From Camelus dromedarius (lineage: Eukaryota): 64,000 bases of DNA. Positions 1-12,831 of the stretch are shown one piece after another. Positions within the stretch are counted from its first letter, which is position 1; every line of letters begins with the position of its first letter. The stretch lies in contig NC_087437.1 of the NCBI RefSeq assembly GCF_036321535.1, positions 88,848,001 through 88,912,000 of the forward strand, read 5' to 3'. The notes under the pieces were generated by a model, which ran no database searches, was not told where the DNA came from, and saw only the letters and a list, made by a program, of their open reading frames with translations. The translations under genes were made by a program, and so were the position numbers.

Positions 1-1017
1 AGATTTGTTAATGAGGCCTTTTTACTGAAATACAAAGTTGACTTTATTTATAACTTCCATTTTACCCACTATATTTAAATTTACCAAACGGAAAAGGAGT
101 CATGTTTTGTGGTGTGACTTTTTTTCTATAAACACAAGCTGCTCATGGCTTGAGGTTGTTTTCATCTCTAGATCCACAGATTTATTTTTCTTAGGATCCC
201 TCATGTTATTTTAGCTCCAATTTTGTTATAAATTTATTTTTATTTTTACTTTGAGGAATGTTTCAATAACTCAATATACAATATAGATAAACAGCTTAGA
301 GTTGAGGTATACATGTTCTTTTTGCTTAGATACATTTAGGTAGCCTAAAATTGAAAAACAAACAATTTTCTCCACTGTATCACAGCTTCAAGAAATCTAG
401 GGCTGAAAGGGAATTAACATATGTTGATGTATCTTCTGGTTTCTCAAAAAAATTATCATATAAGCATTAACCATACATTTGCTTAAGTAGTAGATTCAAT
501 GAGTGAATCACTGTATGATTCTGCCCCAGTGTATGATTATAGCCAGTTATCAAACATCATCTGGTTCATCTCTCACTAATGAACATATCTTCTGATATTG
601 GGGAAATCAAGATTATGTATCATAGAATGGGGCATAGAGAAGAACTAAACTACGATAGCTCATAGGTCTAAAAATTATTTGCTAAATGAAGGTTGTGAAA
701 TTTCCCGTAGGCTCAGGAAGCTGTATTTCTAGTATTCTCTCAATGTTGAGGCATACGCTGAATTACTTCTGAAGAGACTTGAGCTTTATTAACCTGCAAG
801 TAGAAATACTCTGTGAAGAAATCTGGAAAAACTGTTTCTGAGCTCTTAAATTTGAAAGTGAATAGGGAGCCCTGGGCAACACTAGGGAAGTTAGGAGCCT
901 ACCAGTGTCCTTCGTATCTATTGTTTTTTCTTCATAGACGTTTTGTGTCTGATAATAGAGAAGTAGAATCACCTTAAATGATTTTCTGAATTTGTAATGG
1001 TATAAGGCCTGTAAACC

Positions 1018-1037
1018 ATCTATCTATCTATCTATCC
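1018..1037. repeat. Short (TATC)n microsatellite
   Basis: atctatctatctatctatcc. Confidence 0.8.
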
Positions 1038-3059
1038 AAATCTGGTTTAATCTGAATTTCTAATCTGAATGTTTTGTGAAGGGACATCATTCATAAGTGA
1101 CAAAAACTATATTTTAGTGCAATCCAAGTTGTAATTATTATTGCTCAAAATTATTTTTAAAAGTTCCCTTTGAAAAATTTTAAAGATCTTTTTGAAATAG
1201 GTGAATTAAACTACTTCATTAATTAAGATCATTGTGGTCAGTCTTGCTTCATATGATGTGGATATTTTATATTGAAATCCATTAGAAACATAAATATCTT
1301 TGTTTATCATATACAGGAAATAAAAGAGCAGGGTGACAAACAGCTAATGTACTAGAGCAGCAAATGGAGAGGCAGTTCCTCTCCATGAAAGGGAGATGGA
1401 CATCAGGTTAGCACTTGCTTTTCCATCCAAACTGTAAGCTGCCATTTCTCCAGGTCACATCTCAAGACCCATGCTTTCTTGTCGGTGGTCTGGTGGTGAC
1501 AAGCCCGGGCAAAACACAGGCATGAGAGTTCTCAGAATAACCTTGCTAAACTATTTTAACATCTTTGTTTTTTTAATGTTGCTAATTTTGGAATTTTATT
1601 TGGAGTACAAAGGGTATTAAAATCGTGGAACTTCACATACAATGACTTCTTAGAAATTGTTCCTCTCTCTCAGCATATACATATACAAAAAGAGACTAAG
1701 GGAAACCAAGAGTTACCAACCTAAGGTAATTGAATATTTACTTGATAACATGATTCTCCAATTCCAGGCTTTATCATGAAAGAGAGATATGGTAAATTTG
1801 GAGAGAAATCATCGAGAGCTGCAGTAATAATTAACAGGAAAATATGAGTTGTATAAAATATTAAGGCTCCAAGATATTTCCATCATAGAGAAGAGAGCAC
1901 ATCAAAGTAACATATGTGATAGACGCTCAGCTACAAGCACTTTTCCTCCTTTCCACTTCCACATCCTTTCTCCTGGAACATAAATGCTAGTCATTTAATA
2001 CATATATGAAAGCTAGGGGGTTGGTGATTCATTGAAGTCTTTCCTGACATTATTTATGATTTTTATAAATGATGAGGAAATTAGGAAATTTTATTTAATG
2101 GTGTTATAAAATAGAATAGACAGAGAAGCTTACCTTTAATAATTTGATTTCAGCAGGGGGACACATTAAATGCATTTTAATATAGAAGTCAGCCCTAGAA
2201 AAATGTGACATTTCAATGACAGCTGCGTTCGTCGATAAAGATTTGTAGATTTCTGGATACTTACCTTGAGGGCATTATCTCAATCAGGCTAGTTAAAACA
2301 TCACAAGGCAATAGTTGTGGGGAAAAATGCTAGGCAGAATGTTTCTACACTAATACTTTCTATGGACCTTTTTTTCTTTCTTTTTTTTTTTTACAGTTTC
2401 TTATGATTCAGTAACAGTAAAGACTCTAGTAATTAACAACTGCTTGCTTCATACTTTCTGCAAACCTTTTTCTCTTTCTTTGGCTTATGGCATAAGCCAA
2501 TTTTCCACTGAGAGAGAGAAAAAAAAAAAAAAACACCAAAGATACGTTAAAATATTTACACACCCTGGAATGGCGTTAGTTGTGTTAAGTGCATGTCCAG
2601 AATGACAGTTTCGTGACCAGAAGGGTAATGGAAACCATCATCTTTGAGATGCATGAGAAATGCCAGGAGATCCCAGCCAGAGACCGAGAGCTGCATGAAA
2701 AGTAGCAGAATGGCGATTGGGGAGAAATGCATTCCAGAGCAGGGCTGTTAGTTTCCAGTATCCACAGCAGATTCTGCAGGACCTGAATGAAAGTCCCCTG
2801 CTCCCAGAGCCCTGTAGGTCTTGCCCATGCTCTCTGCTGGCCCTTCATCCTTAGAATAGTACCGCCCTGTCACAATGCCCAGAGCGTGGGGATTCTGTCT
2901 CACGGGTCCTCCTCCTAACTTACGGGACTAGTGCAGAAGCCTTCTGGGGATTCTGAATGTTCTAGGATGCATTGCATAATGTGGGGTCTGTATAGGTGAG
3001 AGAATCCCTTGGTTAAGGGAAACTGCTATTTTTCATCTATTGCTGGTAGAAAATTAAAG

Positions 3060-3330
3060 AATTATAGGCTTTTTAAAAAAACAAACTGGGAAACGCATTA
3101 CAGTTAAAAATACTCAGGAGCTTTGGCCCAGCGTGTTTCCTTTGGTGAGTCTCTACCACACAGATATAAGGAGCAGTGTAGGTGCAAAATGTTTATTGTA
3201 ATGACATTCACAGCAGCAGAAAGGTGGAATCAGGTGACTGCCATCGAGAGGCGGAACCTATGAGTGAATTATGTTTTCTGTGGTATTGCTGACAGGAAAC
3301 AAAACAGATGAAGAAGTGCATGTATATGCT
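3060..3330 (+). mobile_element. Old L1 (L1M-type) 3' fragment
   Basis: Degenerate L1 ORF2-end/3'UTR motifs such as 'ctttggcccagc', 'aaaatgtttattgta' and 'gagtgaattatg'. Confidence 0.5.
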
Positions 3331-3724
3331 CCTTTAGTAAAAATATTTTTTGAAAAAAGAAGACAAAATCCTGTATGTGTGTGTCTCTGCGGTGGGTGTG
3401 TGCATGTACTTACAGCTCAGTGAAAGCAGAGAGTTTATCAATTTGTGTCTCCTTTTGGGGCTGAATGTATCAGGGTCACTAATACAAGTTTCAGAAGGGG
3501 AGAAGGAGGAATTTAGAAGGAAAACATATGCATGTGTATACATACGTGTGTGTATGCGTGTGAGAGAGAAAAGGACAAGGAGAAAGATTGATTTTACTAA
3601 TAATTCATCCTCCCCTCCCAAACTTAGGGACTCGTAAGATGATGATAAATACAGGGAATGTTAATTGTTGCAGAAATGTGGAAATGCGTATCCATAGATG
3701 TATCTGGGAAAAGGAGAAGGCCGA

Positions 3725-3925
3725 AAAATAGATTCTGGGACCCATCTCCTCACTTAGCTGTGTTACATTGAGCAAGTCTCATAACCTCCCCACTCCTCTT
3801 CGTGAGATGCAACGTGGAGATGATACTCCCTACTCTGACACGGCTGAGTGATTCCAATGAAGTAACCCATGTGGTCGTGTTTTCTAGATGGTGACACGTG
3901 ATGCAGAACTTAAGCTCTCCTTATT
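3725..3925 (+). mobile_element. MIR SINE
   Basis: MIR core-like sequence 'cacttagctgtgttacattgagcaagtctcataacctc...ggagatgatac'. Confidence 0.7.
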
Positions 3926-4549
3926 CTTAATAAATACGGTGCATTTCAAACAGAGTAAGAAAGTCATACTGGAGATGTGAAGCCTCACGAGTAACTGAGA
4001 TGCAAGCTTTTAATGTCTGTCACTTCCTGCCTATTTCTAACTTAATTTGTTTCTGTTCTTGAAGAAAAGCTGTGACATTTGTTGGAGTTACATTTCCCAG
4101 TGGTAACGTTTTCTGGTATTAGCCATACGAGGAAGCCTGGGTGCTTTTATATTGGTTGGGCAGATAATGAGGGAGGGGAAGGTAAAAGAATCAAGAAGAC
4201 AAGGGTTAGAAGGGTCATCAAAATACAGGTGTTTGACATTTTTCAACATAGTTTTCTCCATCTAGAATACTTAACCATGTGGAATGAGAGGGTACTAAAA
4301 AAAATAATCCTCACCCATTATGCTTAGGTATTGTTGAGATGTTTGTTCTTGTCACTCATATAGATCAAAAGGAAATTTTATGTGCAGAACTAAGAAGTTA
4401 GGCTATACATATAAGTAGATTCACCAGAACTCCATTAATACATGCTAAATCGTTAAAAGTTGTGAACTAGGAACTGATTCATTTTCCATTCCAGTAAATA
4501 TGTACATTTTTGTAAATATGTTTCTATTGGTAGCTATATAAATTCTATA

Positions 4550-4579
4550 AATATATATATATGTGTGTGTATATGTATA

Positions 4580-4635
<56 letters not shown>
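4550..4635. repeat. (TA)n / (TG)n compound microsatellite
   Basis: Long pure TA run from about 4587 to 4634, preceded by mixed TA/TG units. Confidence 0.95.
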
Positions 4636-4638
<3 letters not shown>

Positions 4639-6158
4639 TCCTGTGCTTTATGAGATGTTTTCTTAAAAATTACAAGCAAAGTTAGGCAACACTGTTATCT
4701 TTGGATTGTTTTCTCAAAGTTGTCATAGACTAGCTGTAGTTGCAATTGGGAACTTTGTCAAACTATACAATGCCTTCCCCAAAGAAGCTTAGATGCTTGC
4801 TTGGGAGGGGAGTTATCGAGGTTGAAAACACTCCTTGTTAATTCTTACATGGCTCCGAATGCAGAACACTCAAAGCATTAAAATACCTGTTTCAGAGGTC
4901 AGTGCATTTTGTATCAGCAAATTATCTTTTCAATAATACTTTCCTATTTCTCATACCACATATGGGAATGCATCTAAAAGAAACGGCTTGAATGAAGAAA
5001 TCTGTTTCAGAATTCGTCCCCAGACAATATTACATCGACTTTCAAATGGGCTACAAAGATTATAGACAGAAATTCTATATGGCCTGTGGAATTTCCAGAT
5101 TTTCTTTATTCTCTTTCTGGTTGCCTAACTCTTCTCTTACTGTTCTATTTATCAACAATATAAGGTTTCACAAACAGTTGTCTGTGGCCAGCATGTTCTG
5201 AATTCCTTGGCAAAAAGATGACCAAAAAAAGTCTGAGGAGGGACAAAACATGCTGTTTTTCGTTTGGTTACAGGCTGATACATGGCAGATTTCACGTCAT
5301 CATTTTCGTCAACCACAAGCATGTGCTATAATGCTTATTTTCATAGCTGCTTCATTTGAGCAGTATCAGGTGACACTTAGCATCTTCACAATCATTAAAG
5401 CCCTATTTATGTTTGCTTAGGTTGGACAGACAGTTCTGGAAAATGTCAGAGAGCAACTTGTGTTCACCTCACATAGAAGTGAGATGAAGAATGACTGATG
5501 TCAGTATAGAGTTGATCTATATGCAGCATATTTCATTCTTATGGAATATTTTCCAATATGTTTTGATTTAATGGGAGATTGATTACTTAAGCTAAATGGA
5601 CATAAACATTACATTGTATTTCTGCAGTTCTGAAGTGATTTAAAAAACGTTTAGAGTCCTTACCAAACGCCTAGTTTCAGGTAGGATGTTTGCTGGGTTG
5701 GTGCTGTGTCCCTAATTAAGTTTTTATGGGTAAACTGTGGATCCAGATTAGCTCTTCCTCCAGTTGGATTATCTATTTTCTGGATCGTAAAACTGTCACT
5801 GCATAACCTAGAAACCTCTTTAAAGATGCATGTTTGGCTGCATGTGTTATCCAACAGATGTCTGGATAGTTAGAATCTCTTGAGAGTATTATAACTTGTG
5901 GTTTCAGTTACAATAAGCAATCCAAGTGTTTCTTTGGTCTTGCTCCTCTTCAGTTCTGGGAGAGTCTGTAGAAGAAATTACAGAGGGTATTTCGTTTCAC
6001 TCTTCCCCGTTCCCTTTTTCCTTTATTCTTTGTCTCTGTCTTCAAAGTTTCTTTTTATCTGCTTTTGAACTTGAGGTCACTGAATTGGTTGAGCAGTGTC
6101 TACATGCCATCTTGCCTCTCCTGGTCCCCAGTTATCACACTGACATTCAAATTTTGAG

Positions 6159-6198
6159 CATGCTACTATGATCAAAAACATGCTACTATGATCAAAAA
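6159..6198. repeat. Perfect 20-bp tandem duplication
   Basis: catgctactatgatcaaaaa occurs twice in tandem. Confidence 0.95.
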
Positions 6199-6979
6199 CT
6201 ACTTATGATTTATATTTGATACTTGTCCAGAAGGTGGGTTTTAGAATGGCTGGTTCAGATTTGTAAGCCCACATCCTGATGCTTAAAGTGCTTGTCAATT
6301 TCCCTTCCAGCTGAGCATCGTATGTGCACAAGTCTGAGAATGCGGGTATCGCCGAAGGCTGGAGATTCTGTGCATGAGTTTGTGGCTTCAGAGGGAGGAA
6401 GGTTCTGAGAGGGGAGATACGCTAAGGGAGCTTGCTGTCTGGGCCAGGAGCAGTGGGAAACACTTGGCCACTGAACTGCTTGTCACCTGAGATGTTTGCC
6501 TCAGGTGTGTGTGTGCTGTGTTTCTTACAATAATGTAGTAAATGACAGTCTACTAGTAACGTCAGGTTCAGTGGGCTTTAAATTTCTACTGCTCTTTTGA
6601 ACCTGAACTTAAATATATTCAGACAGGTTCAGACAGTTTTCGCTTCATTGTTTCTGACAGTACTATGACATGGAGATTATAAGTCAATGCTAAATGTGTC
6701 TGGAGAAAACACCTCTATACACTGGAAAACCTCCGTCTGCTAATCAGTTATTATGTTGTCATAGTTAGGTATCTTTTTATCATTGCTTTAGTGTGTAAAA
6801 GTTGTAATGATAAGAAGATCATTGTAATTCAAGTGTCCTAATAAATTTAATCTTTGGTCTGGTTCAAGAATACATCTTATTTGTGACAAGTTTTAAAAGA
6901 ATTATTGTCCAACATTTAAGTACTGAGTGTGAAGGTACTTAGTGCTCATCAAATTGACAAAAAATAGTGGAAATACATG

Positions 6980-7680
6980 AGAAAAAATGCTAGTATACCT
7001 AATATACAAAAAGCATTCAGAAATCAATGAAAAAATTGCTTTCTTAAAAGCATGGAAAACTGGCCAAAGATAAAACACAGGAAGAAATGGCCTAATCACA
7101 TAATTTTCAGTTTCATTAATACTGAAAGGCATGCAAATTGAAACAGTTAGATACTTTTAATCTATAATACTAATAATAAATATTAAAAAATATGAATATC
7201 AGTACAAACTTTCTGAAACATTTACCACTCACAATGAAATACGTAAATGTAAATGTATATATATTTTTGGTGTCAGCAACTGTACAAAAATATTTTCAGG
7301 AATTTTTATCTACTAAATTATTCACATAAATAACACGTATATTTGTACACACATGTGTGTGTGTGTTGGGGGGTTATCCAAAAGATGTATGTCTATAGAG
7401 AACTGGATAATTTCTTGTATAGAGAAGAATGAATACTGTGCAGCCCTCCAAAGGATTGATCTGCATATACTGACATGAAATAGTTTTCCAAGATAATATT
7501 GCTGGTGAAATAATCATGTGATAACACGGTATGAACAGTGGTATGAGTACGTATGTACAGCTGAATTGTACTCAGCATGCTGTGTGATGACAGGATATTA
7601 TGTCCAACTTCTACTTTCTAAATACTTTGTAACTTGATTTTTAAACAAGAGATCTACAATGTTTTGAAGTTAAAAAAATG
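6980..7680 (+). mobile_element. Old L1 (L1ME-like) ORF2 3' end / 3'UTR fragment
   Basis: 'cagtttcattaatactgaaaggcatgcaaattgaaacagttagatac' resembles the conserved L1 ORF2 3' block. A-rich degenerate 3'UTR follows. Confidence 0.6.
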
Positions 7681-9914
7681 TTTGAAAAACAAATGAAGGG
7701 AGATCTCCATGGTAGTCAAACATGATTTATCTTGATATTCATCTGAAATGATAATTTCCAAATTGGATAGCTCTCACTCTTCTTTTTTCCCCTTTTCATT
7801 AGTGTTAAGGTGCAACCCCCATGTGGCTCTTGTTTAGAAATTCTTAACTAGCATTTAAATGGATTGTCCCAGGGCTCAGACAAACAAATGTAGTTGTCTG
7901 ATCATTAACAATGATAACTTTATAAAGGAGGAGAAGATAATAGGACTGTCTCTCTTTTGACATAGTTTGTGATCATTGGTCCCTGTGTCAGTGTTAGATG
8001 CCAGGTTGTTGGTGAAGGTTGGCTATTTTGATGTAGCATCCAAACACTGTTATATGTATTTATATTTGTAATAATCATGACTGTTCTTTATAAAAGCCAG
8101 GGTGAAGCAAAGGATTCTTTTTTTTTTTTTAATGTAGAAATAAGCTACTAGCTTCTTTTACTCTAATAGCAAGCATTCTGATCCACAAGGGTTTCTAGAC
8201 TCAATATCTATGAAATGAAAAGTTTGTTTAAGTACTTTCTTTACTTTTCAGTCATAAAATATTCTACCCACACATCCAGGTTTTATGTTCCTATTTTTCT
8301 TCTTCTCTTTTTATCAACAGCATGTTCCCCAGTGGATGGTTACCACATTACCTCTTTTAACTGAAGCAATAAAGTTAATTGGAAGCACATTCAACTTACT
8401 TAAGAGCTGCAGTCAATGGTGTTGTCAAGTGTTTATGCTTCCTGAGAAGGAGGACATGTTTTTTCTAGTGGATTTGACTCTGATAATCACATATATCCTA
8501 AAACTCATGTGTGCTGGCATGTAACTTTTTCAGTAACCCAATGTATCCTTTACTTCTACCCAATAGTAGAAAACTTAACCTCATCAATTCTGAGTATTCA
8601 TAGTCCCACCCAATGATATCTTCACTGCTCTCAGTTTAAAACAATGTCCCACTCAGAGTTGAAACCTCTTCTCGGATTCTTCCCTCAGCCTCTCCCTACG
8701 GATTGCCTCTGCTTTCCCAGTGTTAGTCATGAAAATCGTCAATTAGAAGGTTGCTGTCTGCTACTTGGTCTTGTCAGTTCATTCCTAGCTTAGCCTCTGT
8801 TGCAGACACATCCCCTCCCCCGACTCTTGTTTCTCTGTGCCCTCTCTGTCCAGAGCCCTCACCCCCAGCCCCACCACCCCAGCAATGGCACGTTTACTTG
8901 AGTTCAGCTTCACGGTCTTTGTGATCCCACCAAGGTGCTCAGCTGGGGTGGCCTATGCCATTTCTTCTGCCACGGGGTACCCACATCATAGCCATGGGAC
9001 CCACCAGCAGGCCCAGAACTCTCTCTGAACTGACTTCTGGACCCTTGTTACGGGGCCCATGGGAACTTTAGGATCATTTCACCAGAGACCTAGGAGTTGA
9101 AGGAAACTAGGAAGAGGGATGTTTCCAGGCTTTTTAAACTTAGACACACCCTGTTGCTATCTCGACTTCCTTATCCCCAGAGCTTTTTTCAAGAAGTGAA
9201 TCTGTGAAACAATAGCTTCCCAAAAATCTCAGACAGAAAATGAGAGAGTGAGTTATGATGCCTTGTTATATAGTCAGATTCTTCAAATTTTAAAGAGAAA
9301 TCATGTTATGTTCTTCTTTGACCAAGACTTCTCTCTCACTTTTAATCATTCTGCCCTTCCTATATTCATACTTCCTTTGTTCTATTCCTGGGTCCGGGCT
9401 TTGTTTTGCCCTTTCTTCCAGTGGTCAGGTGTTAGTGCTGATGGAATTGAAGTGAGGAACTGGGTCTGTGGGCCTGCGTTACCTTTCGGGCTTTTCTCTT
9501 GACTCAGTCCAAGACTCTCAAATTCCGTGTTCACACTGGGGAAGTCTGTGGAGGGTGGGGAGGAGGGGTGCTTATGTTAAAGATACATAACAAAAAAAAA
9601 CTCAATTAATAAGACATGTCCTATTACATGATTGGAGTAGTCTTCATCTGAAGTATAGCAAACTACTGTGTAATCATTTTCTGTGTTTTAGGACAAACAT
9701 TGAAAAGGTATAATTTTTAGAAAAACACTAAGAGAACTCTTTTATTAATACTAGTATCAGTTCTGTTAAACCAGGGTGTTTCTAAACAGTGTAAAAAGGA
9801 ATATTAAAAATGTATTGGCTTTTCCTTGAATTAACAAAGGAATTCTGACTTGGGGAATTGCAGGAGTATATGCTAAGTGTGACAGCTTACATCCAATATA
9901 GTCCATACAGGGGA

Positions 9915-10140
9915 GACATACGTTGTGGTTAAGACCATTGACTCTGATAGCAGACCACCTCATTTTAAATCCTGGTTCTACCACTTAATAGCTGACGTAA
10001 GCTCTCTTAGTCTCAATTTTTCAATTGTATAATGAAGTTAAAAAAATATATCGCATGGTTGGAAGCCTTAAATGGGATATTTCACATAAAGTACTTAGCA
10101 CAATGTCTGGCATATTCAGCCCTAAGAAAGTGTTTGCTAA
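9915..10140 (+). mobile_element. MIR SINE
   Basis: 'gtggttaagacc...aaatcctggttctaccacttaatagctg...aaagtacttagcacaatgtctggcata' matches the MIR head, core and tail. Confidence 0.85.
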
Positions 10141-10403
10141 TATCTTTGTGATGTTTATTTCCCTTTCTATTGAAAATCTCGTGAACTAAACAATAAAACT
10201 AAAACTGAGTTACTATTATCAAGAGATAAACATAGGTGATTTCAGCTAGCCAGTGGGGAGATTTTAGGCTGTGTTATACACTAATTTCATCTAGGTTTGA
10301 GTCAGGGAAGTGAGGAGGAAAAAAAAAGAAAAAGCTTAAATAGGAGCAAAATAATAGCAGAGTGGATTTTGTGTTTTAGTAAGAAAATTTGGGGAAACTC
10401 TAA

Positions 10404-10475
10404 ATATCTGTAGACCATCTAAGAATCATGGGTTAAAGATATATGTAGACCACACAAGGATCATGGGTTAATGAT
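10404..10475. repeat. Imperfect 35-bp tandem duplication
   Basis: atatctgtagaccatctaagaatcatgggttaaag / atatatgtagaccacacaaggatcatgggttaatg. Confidence 0.9.
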
Positions 10476-12445
10476 TTTGTCTCCTTTCACCCTTGCTGGA
10501 AAAACAACATGTACTGGTTGATTCTTAAATAATCTGATCTACCCTCAACAATGTTTAACAAAAAAAGTCATAGCTCTGCTTTTCCATTACAGCTTACTAG
10601 TAGTAGTGTCTTTTGTCTGCAGTTGTTCATTTTCTTGTGCTTTACTTATCCCTATTTTGAAATTTACAGATATGGGTACCTGGTTATTAAAGCAAAGTTT
10701 GATTTATGTCCCATCACTAAGAAGAAGCTAAACCACAAAGAGCACATTAGCTATTTAATATGTTTCAGGCTATAGATGAATTGATTTTTTTAAGGTTTGC
10801 TTTGGAGTAATGCAAAGACTTGGGAACAAAAAACTATATTGAAAAGATGAAGTTATAATGAGAGTTATTCCAACCATTTATTCTGGTTGGAAAATTTAGG
10901 GCTATGTTAAGTAATGTAATACTCGTCTACAGAAAAAGGCTAACATGATTTTGATGGAGTCATCTGTCTTTGCAAGGCAAACTAGGAATTGCTTTTATTT
11001 AAGAAGAAAAAAAGACACTCAAACCACTTGATGAGTCCAACACTATTCATGACTTGCAGCGCTGACATTCTATAGATTGATGGAGTCTTCAAGTGTGGAA
11101 ATACTGAGTCATACAGAAGATGAAATGTATTAATAATGAAAAAAAATATTTATGCAGTCAGCAGATTGTCAGTTAAGCTGGTTTAGATTATAAGAGTCAC
11201 CCAACAGAGACTCTGTCAGGTTGCAAATTATTCTGGCCACAATTATTTGAAAATGAATAAAGCAAACAGAGTGAATTGATATGCCCCAGATCATTTTATT
11301 TCTTCTTCCTCCTCCTCTTTCTCCTCTTTCTCCTCCTGTTCTACTTTTGAAATGGGAAAGGAAAACTGTTGACTCTGTATCTAAGCATAATGCTATCATT
11401 ACACATTAAAAAAACTTAAGATGGAACTAATTTTTCTGCATTCAGGGAAGTGTTGCTTTTTCCCACTATACAAGTGCTATGAAACAGAAATCATGCCTTG
11501 TGGTTCTATAAGGTGCTTCTGTGTGTCCTTCTGTTTGTTCCATCTCCCTTTGTGTAGTCTTTTTTGTAGATTGTCTTAATGTCGCCCATCAATGACTGAC
11601 TTATTGTGTCTGTTTTGTAATGACATCCATTGTTTTATAAAATCCGTTGACAAGCTGAAGGACAGGAAATGAAATCACTGCAGCTACTTTAGTGGCAATT
11701 GAAAACCGTCCTGGCTCATTTTAACCTTTCAATCTGACACCCAGCCCAGGCTTAACTATAGCTTTTAGATCAAGGATCGAGAAGACAGCCTGGGATCCTA
11801 GCACAACAGCAGTCAAACTGCATTTCTACCCACTTGTTTAACAGCCTTCTCTTCTTGTTTTGGTACTTGGTTTTAAACAACTTAAAAACAACCATTATTC
11901 AGTGTCTTTACTCTTCTGAACAAGTATGCTGTGGGACAAAAATATAGTGACTCCGAGTGGGTATAAGCTGAAAATGCTATGCTAATTGCCCACATCAGAA
12001 ATTAGTCAACGGACTGTATCAGAACCAAATCAGAGTCACATTTTCTGTCGCCTCTATGATCAACTTCTTCCTAATCATTTTAGCTTTGAGCTGGAATTCC
12101 TTCATGCTCACATACTTTTCTCTTGTCACTATTTTTTAACTTATCTGTAAATTTTATTTTCTGGCTATGAGGTATGGAATTTTTATAAACCATCTTAAAT
12201 ATTTTCTGAAGGAAAAAGTGATAAAAATAAGTAAATTTAGTCACTACTTTATTCCACAAGAGTCATTGTGATGGTTGCTGAAAACTATTAAGTGAAGCAC
12301 TGCCTACATGCCCCCAAAGATTGGTTACATCCTTTCCCTGCAATATCAGTTCCTTTTGAGATTAGAAATAAGATTTCATTTGTATTATTTTATTTTATTT
12401 ATTATTCACTCACACTCTAGGAAGATCGAAATCTTAACCACAGTT

Positions 12446-12546
12446 AAGAATGTGTATGTGTAGGTATGACTGGAACATTATGCTGTATACCAGAAATTGA
12501 TACATTATATCTGACTATACCTCAATTAAAAAAACAAAGAATTTGT
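12446..12546 (+). mobile_element. Very short 5'-truncated young L1 3' end with TSD
   Basis: 'tatgactggaacattatgctgtataccagaaattgatacatt...ctgactatacctcaattaaaaaaa'. Flanked by aagaatgtgt (12446) and aagaatttgt (12537) after a TT|AAGA nick-like site. Confidence 0.8.
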
Positions 12547-12754
12547 GCTGTGCAAATAGCACTGCTCTAGTCTAGAGCTTTTTGGTCATCTACTATGTGG
12601 GTTGACTTTTTGAAAATTATGAGCTCAGGCACAGAATTTCCTTAGAGATCAGGTCATCCTGAGGTCATACCTCGCAGATGCCTAGACTGTCTTTTTGGTC
12701 TCTTTATCCAGTGCACTGTGGATGATGCCCGTTTTTGAGTGCTACAGTATGAAT

Positions 12755-12787
12755 GCTTTTCTTCTTTCTCATTGTCACCTCTTCTAG
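12755..12787 (+). promoter_or_regulatory. VGLL3: 3' splice acceptor (polypyrimidine tract + TAG) of the VGLL3 last exon
   Basis: gcttttcttctttctcattgtcacctcttctag directly precedes the coding exon. Confidence 0.9.
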
Positions 12788-12831
12788 GTCTACAGCATCA
12801 AGACAAGAGCAAGGAATCACCATGGTACTGA
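12788..12831 (+). CDS. VGLL3: Terminal coding exon of vestigial-like family member 3 (TEAD cofactor); upstream exons lie outside the window
   Basis: After a polypyrimidine tract and AG (12786-12787), the phase-1 exon reads gt cta cag cat caa gac aag agc aag gaa tca cca tgg tac tga = (G)LQHQDKSKESPWY*. This matches the C-terminus of mammalian VGLL3 as I recall it (...SVGFDTGLQHQDKSKESPWY). It is too short to appear in the ORF track. Confidence 0.93.

Larger units (their letters stand above)
1..12787 (+). other. VGLL3: Distal part of the last intron of VGLL3
   Basis: No His/Pro-rich penultimate VGLL3 exon is visible upstream in the window. The region ends in a canonical 3' splice site. Confidence 0.8.

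Noticed and set aside
2257..2266. U1 snRNA gene or pseudogene
   Set aside because: Only the first 10 nt match and the downstream sequence is not U1.
6159..10475. Short direct repeats as a CRISPR-like array
   Set aside because: These are isolated two-copy tandem duplications without spacers, in mammalian DNA with no cas-like ORFs.
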